Positions 13,496 to 27,615 of a DNA stretch of 64,000 nt are shown here, one piece after another. Location of the stretch: the NCBI RefSeq assembly GCF_009914755.1, contig NC_060934.1. One strand, 5' to 3'. This DNA is from the human T2T-CHM13v2.0 reference genome, Homo sapiens. A program made the translations under genes and the position numbers. The notes below the pieces were generated by a model that was given only the letters and a program-made list of their open reading frames with translations, ran no database searches and was not told where the DNA came from. Within the stretch, counting starts at the first letter, position 1. Every line of letters starts with the position of its first letter.

Positions 13496-14099
13496 TTAGA
13501 TTGGGGCTAATTAAGGATATCTTTCTGTGACGATCTCTGCCCTGTCACAAGTTATTATAGTTTTCTTATATCGCCTGAAAAAACTCACCACATTCTCTCT
13601 GAACACCAAGATTGTACCCATTCCTACATAAGGCATACGGAGCTACTTTTAGGGGAGGATAGGGTTCAAATCTATGCTGCTTTTTCTTGTTTTCAAATAA
13701 ACTCATCATTTCACTGAACAAAGCCAAGTCACTTTCAAGCTGTGCCTTCTTATTGTCAAAAGCAGCCATCCCAGTTAACTTAGTGAAAAACAATAAACTG
13801 GTTGATCTGGCAAGACAAAGACAAGGCTTCATCTGATGGGTACGTTTTCCAACTTGTTAATTCACTGCTGTTTAGACATCGTCTTTGACAGAGTCTGTGA
13901 CTGTTCAGAAGAATGACTCCCAAAAGTTAATAATGTGGGGAGCAGGGGAAAGAGATCAGTCTAGTAATCTACTCACCTACTTCATCTATGCTGTGCATGG
14001 CTGATAGCGGGAGGGATAAGTAGTTGGCTACATTTTTCTTTCTTTCTTTCCTTTACTCAAAATATTATCCCAGGAGATGTAGACATAAAGAAATGTATA

Positions 14100-14502
<403 letters not shown>

Positions 14503-15049
14503 TCAGCTGAGGGTAGAAGAAAGGAGAATTGAGTTAAGAAACCAAAGTAATGGCTGGAGAACCAAAGGATGTTCCCAGGCATCAAATCCAAAGGGCCCAG
14601 CAATGAAGCTTGATCCGATCCAAACAAAAGAATAAATACTTGGGTCAGACAAGACTGAAGTAGGAGATTTGAGTGATTGAGGGAAGAGAAAGAGGACAGT
14701 GTAAGGGGGTGCTAGAGAGGGAGATTTAAGAGCTTGCTGTGGCCTTGCCTATGGCTAATAGGTCGGGGTGATATCGAGGGTATTGGGCTGCTTCTAAGAA
14801 AAGAGGCGTCCACAGACAGCCAGACAGAACCCATTCAAAGTTGTACCTTCAAAATCAACTTCAGGCCTCACGGAACCTAGCATGCTGGTTCCTTGTATAA
14901 CCCCCTCAGTTATGTCTGTAATATCTAGAGGAGCAAACAGGTACAGGTGCTTAAATGAAAGAAGAGAATCATATTTCCAACAAGTTGATAGCATACTTAG
15001 AATCTGAAGAATGGTGCAATACGTGCGTGTGTGTTAACTTTTCCTGTAA

Positions 15050-15326
<277 letters not shown>

Positions 15327-16539
15327 GCCATAAACTTTTTAAAGAATCTGCCACTGCTGCATATCAGACAGTCCCTTCTGTTGCTGTTTCCCACCTTTTG
15401 TCTGCCCCTTTCGTATTTTCCACCTCTTTTTACATTTCTGTGCACTCTCCTTCCAACTCTGATGCCCAGGCTTCATCTTAGAGATGGCCATATGCTTCCA
15501 TCTGTGGCTGTCTGTCAGAGTAGTCTTTAGTCATTCAGAGTCTTCAGAGAGGAGCAGCTACAAGAGAAATAAAACTTGCTCTTGATATGTTCTCATTGCT
15601 TAACCTTGATGAGTTGATCTACTCTATTAGTATCTTTCTCTTCACTATCTCTCATCAAGGATCCCCTCTCCACCAGGAATAAGGGAAGGTAAGACATGGG
15701 GAGGAAACATGCAATCATTTTTTGCATCTTTATTTTGCTGACAAATGGCTATTTATGAAGGAAGGAGAATTATTGTCTGATTTAGACCATGAAAGGTCAA
15801 AAGAATAGTGTTTCCCTCAAATATGGAGCACGTTACAAATTAAATTGGTGTCCCACTACTTTGGCCACTTAGCTCTTTTACTGGATTGCTTAAAACCTAT
15901 TGAAATAAAAATTGTATCTTTTAAAAAAGTCTTATGAATTTTCTCTGGGGTTCAAATTTATGGAAACTTGCCCTTTAAGAGGAACTCAGAGATAGGCTGA
16001 AATAAACTCCAGACTGATGCTGAAGTGAAATAAAGCTTTGGGTTAGGAGGAATTATTTATAAGCTTCATAATTGACAACCTTGTACGAGATAATGACACA
16101 TCATTTTAGAAACTTGTTGTGACTTGATCGAATTTAAGTTGGGTTCCAGCTTCAGGCTAAGGATATGCAGAATATATAATGTTGTCTGAAATAAAAGCTG
16201 AATAAATCTGGGGTAAAATTTTGAAAGTCAAAAGCTGTGGTCATTGAATAGGTACAGACATAGGGGTTATTCCAGGACAAAATGATCCTCACATATGCTG
16301 GTCCCTAAATTTTATAAAAATTCTCCTACAGAAGCAAAAGATGAACTGAATAGGGAAATTCTCATTGAAATATCAGAAGAGTATAGATTAAGGCTATCAA
16401 ATACTCAGAATGACCATTGCTTCTTTCCTTCCACCTGCACCCCTAGCTGACATTGCTAATTGATCAAGGCTCACCTTTTCACTGGGCCTGCCGTTAGTCT
16501 CATGATCATTAGTACAATGTTCCAATTAGCTAGTGACAA

Positions 16540-16728
16540 TTATGCAACCATCACAACTCATTTTCCATTCATCTTTCCTGCCCTAATACTCAGGAAGTTA
16601 ATTTCTAGAAGAGGGAAGAGGGGAAGGTGTATAAAAGGTGAGGCATTTTGAGCCTCTCAACCTATAAGTCTAACATGCAATGGGAACAAAGAGGAAGTTT
16701 TGAATGGGATATAAAATCAAATTTGATT
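16540..16728 (+). repeat. 189-bp local direct duplication, copy A
   Basis: Ungapped match to 18306-18494 with 8 mismatches by manual count. Confidence 0.95.
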
Positions 16729-17787
16729 TACAATTTTACAATTTAATATCTGAGGTACAGCCTACTTGCTGCCCTTGGTTTGGTTTAAGTTGCTAAAGAA
16801 GCCTCTTTGGCAGAGAAAGACTCCTTTATCCAAGTATCAGAGGAGCACTCTAAAAGGTCACAGGAGGAGGAAGAGAAGATCAGGTACAAAGAAAATCTTA
16901 CTGTAATTGGATGTGATATTTTACATGGCCATTTAAATATTATTTATGCTTAACTTCTCCTGGAGTCATTAAGTTGTAGCCAGGGCCAAAATGGAAAAGC
17001 AAGGATGCTAAGTACCCCCATGTTGTAGAGAGAGCTGTAAATGAATAGCCCAGAACTGGAGTTGGAAACATTCTTATAGGGTTTGTTTATTAAAAGGTGG
17101 TCAAATCCCACTGCTGCTAATCACCATTGCCTTCTTTGTCTATAAAAGAAGCCTGGAGAGAGGAAATGTGTCATCCCACTCCTCTGGGATTCTGAGGCAA
17201 CTTTCCTTCTCCTCCCCACAAGGGAAGAGATGATTCTCACCAAGAGAATCATCTGTGAAAATACTAGGTGTTTTCAAGAAGGGAAAACTGGATTACTTTT
17301 GCTCTCCATTTTGACAACTTGCTTTTATGTCTCTGTACCTGTTTGAGGAGGGAGAAGGAGAACAGAGAAAGAAGATGGGTCAGAGATGTGGGACATCTGT
17401 GGAGTACCTATATACTGACATTTGTCATGCCGAGGATGGGTGAACACAACATGAGGTAGCGTGGGTCAGTTTCCTATTCCCACTCAAGAGGGAAGTTTTC
17501 TGAGTATAAGAACCTCAACAGCAAAAGGCTGTGGCATTGCCTGCTTGTGGGAGATCCTGGGGAAATCATGAAAGAGGGTAGTAGGCTCTGCAGGGGGAGG
17601 CCTTACAGGACCCCCCAGAGAACCCATGTATGGACTCTCCAAGATACCAAGATACTCCTCCTTACTGCCTACTACACAGAAGACTCCAATGGTTAGAGAA
17701 TGTTAGCATAAGAAGAGAAGATCAACAAGAAGACAAGTGAAAGATCTTTCTCAGATGACTAAGGAGACATTTGCCTTTTCCAATAAT

Positions 17788-18327
17788 AGTAACCAGCCTC
17801 CAGGATAATGCACAGTAATGGTCACCCCCTAGTGATCATGGTCTTGTGCAGTTCCTTTCCACAATGAAACAGGGCTCATCTGTGTGACCAGTAGAATACT
17901 GTGGAAGAAACAATGTGAGACCTGCTAGAAAAGTATGTCATAAAATGCACTTGGCTTCCACTTTGGCTTCTTGGATGGGTTGCCTTGGGGAGAGCCAGAT
18001 ATAGGCTGTGAGGGCATTCAAGTAGCCCTATGATGAAGCACATGTAAAGAGAAACTAAGGCCTCCTGCCAACAACCAGCACTAACATGCTAGTCATGTGA
18101 GCGGGCCACCTCGAAAGCAGATCCTCCAGCCCCAATCTAGCCTTGCAATGACTCCAGCTCAAGTTAACATCTGACTGCCACCTCTTCGTGATGCTGAGCC
18201 AGAAACACCCAGCTGAACTGCTCCTGAATTCTTGTCCCACATGAGCTAAGAAAGATAGTATATAATTATTAGTGTTTAAAATCACTATGTTTTCAGGATA
18301 ATTTGTTATGCAACCATCACAACTCAC
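17788..18327 (+). mobile_element. MLT1F-like MaLR LTR
   Basis: 'gaaactaaggcctcctgccaacaaccagcac...gcagatcctccagcccc...gagccagaaacacccagctgaactgctcctgaattc...ataatttgttatgca'. Confidence 0.85.
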
Positions 18328-18494
18328 TTTCCATTCCTCTTTCCTGCCCTAATACTCAGGAAGTTAGTTCCTAGAAGAGGGAAGAGGGGAAGGTGTATAA
18401 AAGGTGAGGCATTTTGAGCCTCTCAACCTGTAAGTCTAACATGCAATGGGAACAAAGAGAAAGTTTTGAATGGGATATCAAATTAAATTTGATT
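18306..18494 (+). repeat. 189-bp local direct duplication, copy B
   Basis: Matches 16540-16728 and is contiguous with the MLT1F 3' end. Confidence 0.95.
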
Positions 18495-18590
18495 AGAGAC
18501 TTATGGACTTTTCCTAAAATAACATTATTGGATAAAAAATAGGAATTTTACGTAATATAATTGGGAAAATTATTTGGGAAAAAATTGAAG

Positions 18591-18642
18591 CTTGTCATGT
18601 ATATACTCCAAGGAAACTTGTCTTGTATATACTCCAAGGAAA
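18591..18642. repeat. 26-bp tandem duplication
   Basis: CTTGTC(A/T)TGTATATACTCCAAGGAAA x2. Confidence 0.9.
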
Positions 18643-19650
18643 CTCAGCAAACCACTAATAGATTAATTAATAGAGGTTTTTAAAAGCATAATTTAAAACC
18701 ATAATTTCTCTGTCCTCCATGATTCAGCCAGCCATGGACCAGGGTTCATAACTCCTATACCCTGAGCTGCAGAACTAGTCCTGCAGAGTAAAGAAATCAT
18801 GAAGTATTAGTTCTACAAACCCAAACCTATGACATTGCAAATGTCAGAGGAGTTATTTATAAAAAGATAACTTTTTAATGGACCTGTCACATGTGAGAGC
18901 TATAGAAATATGGAAAGCTGATACTGATTTGTAGAAACTTTTCTGTGTTGTGAAGATCTCTGGCATTGTTTTGATCATTCCAACCAATGTGAGAGATGGT
19001 GATAAATGGCATGAACGTCTGCATGATGTTCTGGGTAGCTAATTCGGTTCTCACACAAGTCAGTTTAGTCCTGCTATCAAAGTCAAGGGGACATTGGCCA
19101 ATATGATATGGATATGCATAAGCTTAATATTTACCTTTCAGAAAATATGATGGATTCTCTGTAGTTACTACATCACTGAGAGGAACAATGTAGAGTAACT
19201 GGCCTTTTAAGATAAACTTCTAGAGATTACTTGAGACAAGTTAGGAGAAGGTGGCAGCCTGCAATAAAGATTTCAATCTGTGTTGAGTTATGACAGTGTT
19301 AGGGTTGTTCTATTCATTTGTAAACAACATAAAATCTTACTCCTTTCTTCCAGCCTGTCACTGTGTTTCAGTGCCTCCTGAAACAAATGACCTCAGGGAC
19401 TTCCCATATGGTGATACCAAGAGATTTCCCCTGATGTGAACCATGCCCAATATCTGTACACCATGGATATACTGGTGCCACAGAGGTATGGGAGATTACA
19501 GTTCTGCAGAACAGATGGCATCTTCAAGGCAGAGATGAGCCCTGGACATTAATTACTATTACACTCGGGGCCCAGAATAGAAGTGAGTCGGTGTGGCTGA
19601 CTCCTGGCCTACCCAACCTGTGTTCACAAGAAGATTTCATATATGCTAGC

Positions 19651-20623
19651 TGTGATATTGTTATATAATAAGACATATATATTTGGTCTCTGCCCCTAGT
19701 TCCTGACACAGAGCTCCTAAAACCCTTGTAAATAGGGTGCTAGGAGAATCTTTTGTTTTAACCTTTGGTCTTTGACCCTAATTTCTGACACAGAGCTCCC
19801 AAGGCTTTTGCAATGTCCTGAGTGATAGAAGCATCTGACACAGAGCATCTAAATCCCTGGGAATTTCCTGAGTGAGAGGAGCATCTTTTGTTCTAATGAG
19901 GATGCTCTTGGTGGGCTCCAGGAGAGCCTCAGGATGAGGGCTGGTTGCCATGGGAACTAAGCTTGTGATTAGAGAGTTAGCACTTTCAGCGTCACTCCCA
20001 CTTCTCAGGAGGTTCCATTGATCCCAGTGGCCAATGATTTAATCAGTCATGACTATGAAATGAAGCCTCCATAAAAGCACAAAAAGATGGGGTTCAGAGA
20101 GCTTCCTCACTGCTGAACACACGGAGGTATGTGGAGGGTGGTATACCCAGAGAGGGAAAGGAAGCTCTATGCCCCTTCCCACATACCTTGCCTTACTCAT
20201 CTCTTCCATCTTTCTGTTCATTTGTCCCCTTTATTATATCCTTTATTAATATAATAAATATATAAATGTGTTTTCCTTGATCTGTGAGCCATCCTAGAAA
20301 TTAACCAAATCTGAGGAGAGGGTCATAGGAATTCTAATTTATAGGTGGTGAGTCAGAAATATAGGTGACGACTTACTGCTTGTGATTGGTGTATGAAGTT
20401 GGGGACAATTTTGCAGGACACAGCTTTAAACTTGTAGGATCTGATGCTATCTCCAGGTGACAGTGTCAGAATTCAATTGAATTATAGGACACCCAGTTGG
20501 CATCTGCTGAAAAATTGGTTGTTGGTGGGGAGAAATTCCCACACATTTTGGTGACCAGAGGTAAATTATTCTATATTGGGAATTAGAGTAGGAAAAATAA
20601 TTTGTTTTTTTCTATCTCTTACA
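19651..20623 (+). mobile_element. MER21-family solo LTR
   Basis: TG...CA ends. Triplicated 'ctgacacagagc' motif characteristic of MER21. Flanks ctagc/ctagt form a 5-bp TSD with one mismatch. Confidence 0.85.
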
Positions 20624-21300
20624 CTAGTTTATTGATTTTTACAAAAAACAAAAACAACAACTGTGGCACTGGGAAGAAAAGAAGCTGAAGTGCATAGATA
20701 ATAGCTGACATGCCCAAGGTCTGCTCGTTAGAAGAAGAATCTAGTTTCAAGTCCAGGCCTTTTGATTCACCCAACATCTCAGCATTGCTTCTTTCCTTCC
20801 TCGGGTTGTATTTGTATACAGATCTGAGCATACAAGTGGTGAATGAGAGGATACCTGTAGATGGTGGCACATGATTCAGATGATTTTGAAGGTTACTTTT
20901 TCTTTTCTTTTCTTTTTTTTTTAGCAAGGAGGAGCTGTTAGTTTCTCTTGGGAGTCAAGACTAAGTGTCTTTACTTGGGATCCCAAAGAATTTTCTGTGA
21001 CCACTCTCTCTGGGTGATGAGGAGAACAAATATTTCCTGTTCTCCTTTGGGCTATGTTCTTCTGTAAACTCCCTGGATTTTTCCTCCTCTCTGTCCCCTG
21101 CCCCCTCGCTACTCTCTACCTATGTTCCTCTTTCCTTCCTTGGCCTAAGGCATAGTAAGAAATCTCGTTCTAGGATGAAGCCATAGTTTCCAGGAAGATC
21201 AACTTGGGAAACAATCATAGCTATGGCAATACTAGGAAAAAATATCTCTTGATGCTTGAATTTCTACCATTAATAATTATTTCCTTGGTGTTAACTCCAG

Positions 21301-21420
21301 TCTCTTTTCTTCTTCTTTTGTTCTTCTTCTCCTGCTCCTCCTTCCTCTTCCTCCTTCTTTCCTCTTTTTCCTCTTCCTTTTCCTCTTTTTCCTCTTTCCT
21401 TTTCCTCTTTTTCTTTTTTT
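21301..21420. repeat. CT-rich polypyrimidine tract at an Alu tail
   Basis: Read directly. Confidence 0.85.
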
Positions 21421-21708
21421 GAGACAGAGTATCACTCTGTCACCCAGGCTGGAGTACAGCAGCATGATCTCTGCTCACTGCAACCTCCGCCTCCCAGGTT
21501 CAAGTGATTCGCCTGCCTCAGCCTCCTGAGTAGTTGGGACTACAGGCACACACTACCACACCCAGCTAATTTTTGTATTTTTAGTAGAGACTAAAAATAC
21601 TTTGTCATGTTGGCCAGGCTGGTATCGAACTCCTGGCTTCAAGTGAACCATCTGCCTCAGCCTCCCAAAGTGCTGGAATTACAGGCATGCGAGCCACCGA
21701 GCCCTGCC
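21415..21708 (-). mobile_element. AluS (Sx/Sz-like)
   Basis: Full dimeric Alu, reverse complement. Confidence 0.92.
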
Positions 21709-21919
21709 TTCTCTTCCTCTTCTTCCTCCCAAGGTAGATACTCATTTAAAATACTAAATAATAATATAATAAAATAAAAATTCTAATTATTCTTGTTAAA
21801 AGTAACATGATAAATTGTCATCTTACAAGAGGATAAGTTCCTGGAGGTCAGGTCTGTATTTTGTTAATTTATTGTTTCTAGCCTCAGGGCTGAGCCCTGT
21901 GCTGGTATGGTGAATTAGA

Positions 21920-22303
21920 AATGGGCATATAACCTGATCCTGGACCATGAGATCTAAAGGGGACTCTTCTGGGGAAATTGTACAAAAGACGCAGCAGAAA
22001 TGACCATGCTACTGTACTCCAGCCTGGTTGACATGTGGGTATGGCCATATCTGAAGTCATATTTGGATCTGCTGTGGCCATTTTGTTCTATTAAATGGAG
22101 CCAACCTTAAGGATGGCAGACTCAAAAGACAGAAAGTGCCTAGATCCTTGATGGCATCATGAAGCTGTTGGGCCACTCATACCTAGAGGCTGCCCTATGA
22201 TTGCTTCCTTTGTTATATGAGATGACAAATTTCCAAGTTGTTTAAGTCAGTTTGATTTGGTGTTGTTGGTTATTTATAATAAACAAAAGCACCTTGAATG
22301 ATA
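21920..22303 (+). mobile_element. MLT1J/K-like MaLR LTR fragment
   Basis: 'ggatggcaga...aaagacagaaag...cctagatccttgatggcatcat...ttgtttaagtcagttt...tgataga'. Confidence 0.6.
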
Positions 22304-22594
22304 GAGAAAAGTTAGTTTCATTTTTACCCAGTGCAAAGCCTGGTTTCCACCATCACGCATTATACCCAGAAAGCTTCCTTTTTAAAATTTTTATTTTTAT
22401 TTTTGCTGATATGGAAAGAGATCCAAAATAAAATAAGTAAAAAAGAAACAAAAATGTTCTACTAGAAAAAATATCTGTGTAAATATATATGGACAAGCAG
22501 ATAAAGAGGGAGATGTTTGGTTTTTGACAAAGTAATCTATTGCTGCTAATAACCAACTACAAAACCCTTATTATTAATAAGGATTTGCTTCATT

Positions 22595-22910
22595 CACCTG
22601 TCTGTGGGCAGCTCCAGAATGTGGATGGGGTCCAGGTGTACTCCCTATGTCTCTTGTCCTTCTTGGACAGGGGAGTCATTTTTATCATAAGATGACAGAG
22701 GTGCAAGAAGCTAAGAAGAAAATGAAGGACATTTTTAGGTTAGGCTCTGTATGGCCACACTGTTACCTCCACCCTCATGTGCTTGACCAGCGCAGTTCCT
22801 GTGGCTGAGCCCAAAGCCAAAGGGTGGCGATTACACTGGCTTCCAGGGAAAGACTTCAAAGCCATATAACATAAGGGTGCAGTATTGGGCCAATAATTCA
22901 GCCTGCCATA
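22595..22910 (-). mobile_element. Old MLT1 (K/L-like) LTR fragment
   Basis: 'gggtccaggtgtactccctatgtctc...cagaggtgcaaga...gtggctgagcccaaag'. Confidence 0.5.
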
Positions 22911-23019
22911 CTTCTCAACCCATATAGTTTGGTATGATCTGAATCTCCCACGATCTCCATATACTTCACATTAATGATATTTATTAAAAGAGAAAGATTT
23001 CTCTGGGGCCAAGGCCTTG

Positions 23020-23600
23020 TGGAGGATGGTTTGAAGGAGGAGAGACCAGAGACTGAGAATCAAAGAGAAGACTGGTGAAATTATTTAGTTAGAGCAGAGT
23101 GAGTTCTGAGCTGAGAAGGGGCTGAAGGAATAAAAAGAAGGTGAAGGCCAGTCTGATAAAGATTTAGGAGATAGTCTGTGTCTGATTTGGGGCTGGGAGA
23201 TGTGATCAACAAAAAAAGGGAAAGGGTTGCTTTGATGCCCAGATTCTTGGCTTACAGTGATAGTGGGAATCAGAGAAGAGCATCAGATTTGGGGAAAAAG
23301 AGTTTAGTGTTGGAGGTGGTGAATGTGAGGGCCTGTGAGATCTTCAGAAGGGACACCCATGAAGCATTTGGACCTTCAGATCTGAAGCTCAGGGGACAGG
23401 TTTGTGTAGGAAACAAAGATTTGAGCGCTATCAACTTGGAGTAAATAATGTCCTTTAAGTAGATGAAATTGTCCAGGAGACCTATGTGTAGAAAAAAGAA
23501 GCCAACACTCACTGATTTTAAAAAGATAAGCAGAGGAAACGAAACTACAAAAGAGATCATAAGAATGTAAAAGAACAAAAAGTCTTAGTATGGTTGAACT
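23020..23600 (-). mobile_element. L2 fragment
   Basis: Purine-rich L2 antisense: 'gagtttagtgttggaggtggtgaatgtgagggcctgtgagatc...tctgaagctcaggggacaggtttg'. Confidence 0.65.
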
Positions 23601-24107
23601 TCAGAAATGCCAGGGTGAAACAAATTGCCATTTAGGGCTCCCTTTCCCCCGAGTTGAGAATTCTCCTCCAGGCGAATGCCTGTGCCCTACCCCACTCTGC
23701 CCATTTTGTGATGGCAGTACATGGGTCAAGGCAAGGGGGTAAGCATATCATCTTTCTAGTCCTTGTGGGCAAAGAAGAACTACATAGGTACATCATAATT
23801 CATTTTTGCTCTTCTTCAAACAAAAATAAGACTGGCTGGGCCCTAAAGTCCTTCACAATTAATCTTGACTTGTTTTCAGGTTTTAATCCATTGCAGGCAA
23901 AAGGCTTTATCATATTGGCTTGAACCACTTACGTAAGTGGATAGTTAATTCAATTATTTGTGATCTTTGTATCCACCCATTAAATTGATAAAAGAATGAC
24001 CAAGTTGCCTTTATTTTGTCTGTTTTTTTAGTCAGTATTTATAAGTAGGGGATCAATTTGGATGAAAACAATGCCACTGGAGAAAACTTGCACATGTCAA
24101 TAATTTT

Positions 24108-24406
24108 GTTTTCTTTTCTTGTTTTAAATTTTAACACAGGGTCTCACTTTGTCACCCACATTGGAGTGCAGTGGTGTGATCACAGTGCACTACAGTTTTG
24201 ATTTCCTGGCCTCAGGTGATTCTTCCACCTCACCCTCCAAAGTAGCTGGGGCTATAGTCACATGCCATCACACCCAGCTGATTTTTTGAAGAGACAGGGT
24301 TTTGCCATGTTGCCCACGCTGGTCTCGTACTCTTGTGCTCAAACGATCTGCCCACCCTGGCCTCCCAAAGTGCCGGGTTTACAGGCATGAGCCACTGCAC
24401 CCAGCC
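24108..24406 (-). mobile_element. AluJ
   Basis: Diverged Alu reverse complement. TSD AATAATTTT at 24099-24107 and 24407-24415. Confidence 0.9.
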
Positions 24407-24964
24407 AATAATTTTCAAAGAAACTTTGTATCATCAGAAGAGTTGCTTTCCTTTGAACTATCTGAATTACACTTGGGATGCCTGGCTCACGTCTGAGTGC
24501 TGCTTGAGGTGAACCCAAGTCTGCTATTTTTTCAGAAGCATTTACTAATAAGGGACCTTACTGAAGAGGCAATGAAACTGTTCATCATTCCCAAACACTT
24601 TCCACCAGGCATGAAGACCCTTACAGAAACACATGCTGGGCTTGGTGTGATGCTTTGTTTTTAGTGTCCTTGAGGCTGGTCCTACTGAGCCAGAGACATA
24701 GGGAGTAGAGGCAAGTCCCCGAAATGAACAAGACCAAAATGTTCTCTTGTAAAAGTATGTTGACATTATTACTTTTACTTTTTCTGGGTGATCCAGGCCT
24801 AGTGTCTACATGAAAGGATTTCAGCTTCTTGCTTCCCTGGCTGAATGTCAGCCTATCAATGCTCCTCTTGTAGCATAGGATTAGAATGGAATGTGAACTT
24901 CCAGTGACCATGGCTGGTCAAGCCAGGATCATAACACCATTCATTCTGAAGCCTGCAAGTCTGT

Positions 24965-25200
24965 CAGTGCATTTTTCTGGGTCTCAGCCATACCTGGGTT
25001 TGAGTCCCATCTCTACCACTTCCTGTGTGAATTACTTAACTTCTAGGAGACTCTGTTTTCTTTTACGTAAAATGGAAAAAGCAATATCTTAAAATAGCAC
25101 CCATCTTGTAAGGACATCAGGAGGGTTAAATAAGTTAATGCATGTAACATGCCTGACAGACAGTCCATGTTCACTGAACAAAACCATTCATCAAATGATG
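24965..25200 (+). mobile_element. MIR SINE
   Basis: 'cctgggtttgagtcccatctctaccacttcctgtgtgaattacttaac...gtaaaatgg'. Confidence 0.75.
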
Positions 25201-25214
25201 AGTTTGGAGTCATC

Positions 25215-25412
25215 TGTGGGTCTCAAATTGAATGTGCACATAATCTGGGGAGATTGTTAAAATGAAGGATTTGGTTTTTTTTTGTTTTTTTTTTTTTTTT
25301 TCACAAGATTCTGATGTAATCTGAGGTGAGGTCCAGGAATTCACACTTCTAGCCAATTCCCCAAGTGATTCCAATGCAGGTGTTTGCAGGTACACTGTGA
25401 GAATTACTGAGG
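25215..25412. mobile_element. MER5A-like MITE
   Basis: 'tctggggagattgttaaaatg...gattctgatgtaatctgaggtgaggtccaggaatt...ccccaagtgattccaatgcag'. Confidence 0.7.
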
Positions 25413-26533
25413 CAAACACGTGATCTTCCAGAGAAATCTTAGAGCTCTGAGGCTTTCCAGTCTAAGGTATAGAAAAGAGGAAATTCGCTTGTGATTAAAG
25501 ATGATCTCCAGGCAATGTTTCAAAGGCAGAAGGATTGTGGTTTGATGGAGAAGTAGAGATGGGGAGGCAGGAGCATGTCACAGGCAGGGGGATGGCAGGT
25601 GCAATGATTCAGAGGTTGGAAGAGGAAGGAAGTGTGACCAGGAAGAAGGGAGTTCTGCATAACGGAATAGGAGAGTGGGAGTCAGAAAGTAGGAGGTGAA
25701 ATAAGTTAGCTGAGGAGACTGGGAGTATGTGTAAAGAGGGCCCCCCACAAAGGCAGTGGTTGGGAAGATTTTTATCGAGGTATTGTGGATGGCAGCCCAG
25801 AGGTTGGCATGCTTAATAGGGGGCACCTGGCAAGCTTCAGGCCTGGTCTTATTAGGACTTGCATTAGGGTGACAGCCGTCAGAACAGAAAACCAGCAACA
25901 ACGCCTCTAGGGAGTTTTGAGATTCTTTCTCTGCATTTTAAAAAATGTTTAAGTCCAGCTCTGGGAAATTGAATGGGGTCAAAGCTGCTATAAACAGACA
26001 TTTCACCACCAGATAGTGAATAAAAACTTAATCTCAGAGCAACAAAACATAAAGTGTGCAAGAACTGGTAACAATTGAAAAATTGTGTAAATATTTAAGG
26101 ACAGCCCTTTTACCTTTCCAGTGCTGGAAGGCACACTTGGACCCCAGCCACAAGATTCTGTATTTGTTCTTCTTCTCCCATGCTCTGTTTTTGACTTCAA
26201 AATCTTTGCCTAACACAATCTAAACATTGAAACAATGGGAGCAGAGAGGAGAAGGTCATCAGATATGGTATGAGGTGCCCTGCCTGTGTGTGCCTTTTGC
26301 CGCAGCTTACTGGGGAGTGTCTGCAGGGTGGATGATGCTGAAGCCTCAGTGCCTTCAGTCTGTTGTCTGGATGGGCTACTGCTTCCAACCTGGGAGTGAA
26401 GACCTGAGCGTCTGTGAGACACAGGGTGCTTAATAATATCTTTTTCTCCGGGATTTGTTCTCAGGTGTGGTATGGAAGCGGATGGAGAAAATCCATATGG
26501 GCAAATGGATTTTTAAAAAGGAAGATAGATACT

Positions 26534-27006
<473 letters not shown>

Positions 27007-27444
27007 TTATTGTAACTTGTGACTCATATTTTCCAATTTTAAATGAATTTGTCTTTAATCTGGCCAGAACTTCTTCAAGCCAGCTTAGTTGCTGCTTTGT
27101 AGCAAACTTCTGTGTAATGCCTCCCTTGTACTTTAATCCTCTCTTCCCTCCTTTTCAATTTGTGATGTGTTGCTAAGCATATGTCACTTTCTGGTTGGAT
27201 TTTTGCCTTCTACTTTTATTATTCTTGTTTTGTAGGAAAGAAATCTTGGAGTAGGGGAAACTTTAGTGGAAGAGTAGAGTCAGGTAATGCAGAAAATCAC
27301 TTTTAAACTTGGCTTTGTAAAGCAGAGACACATGGGCCTTCCTTTATTGTGATTTTTAAATTTTGTCTTTGAAATGTAAGTGATAATTCCAAATTTTGAC
27401 ACTCACAAATGTAAAGTTATAGTTCTCCATAAAGAGAACTCAAT

Positions 27445-27615
27445 AAATGCTAGTCATGTGCAAAGCCATGTAATAAATAGTTTGTATGCTTTATCTGATT
27501 GATTCCTTCAAAAACTTTGTGAGGTAGCTATTATCTCCTTTTAATAAGAAAAGAAACAGGCTCAGAAAAGCTAGGTATCTTGTCTAAAGTAAGTGGCAAA
27601 ACAGTAGTATCTTAT
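27445..27615 (-). mobile_element. MIR SINE
   Basis: 'ctttgtgaggtagctattatctcctttt...gaaacaggctcagaaaagctagg'. Confidence 0.65.

Noticed and set aside
16780-17780. Purine-rich block that may be an ancient LTR
   Set aside because: I could not match it to a family or define its ends.
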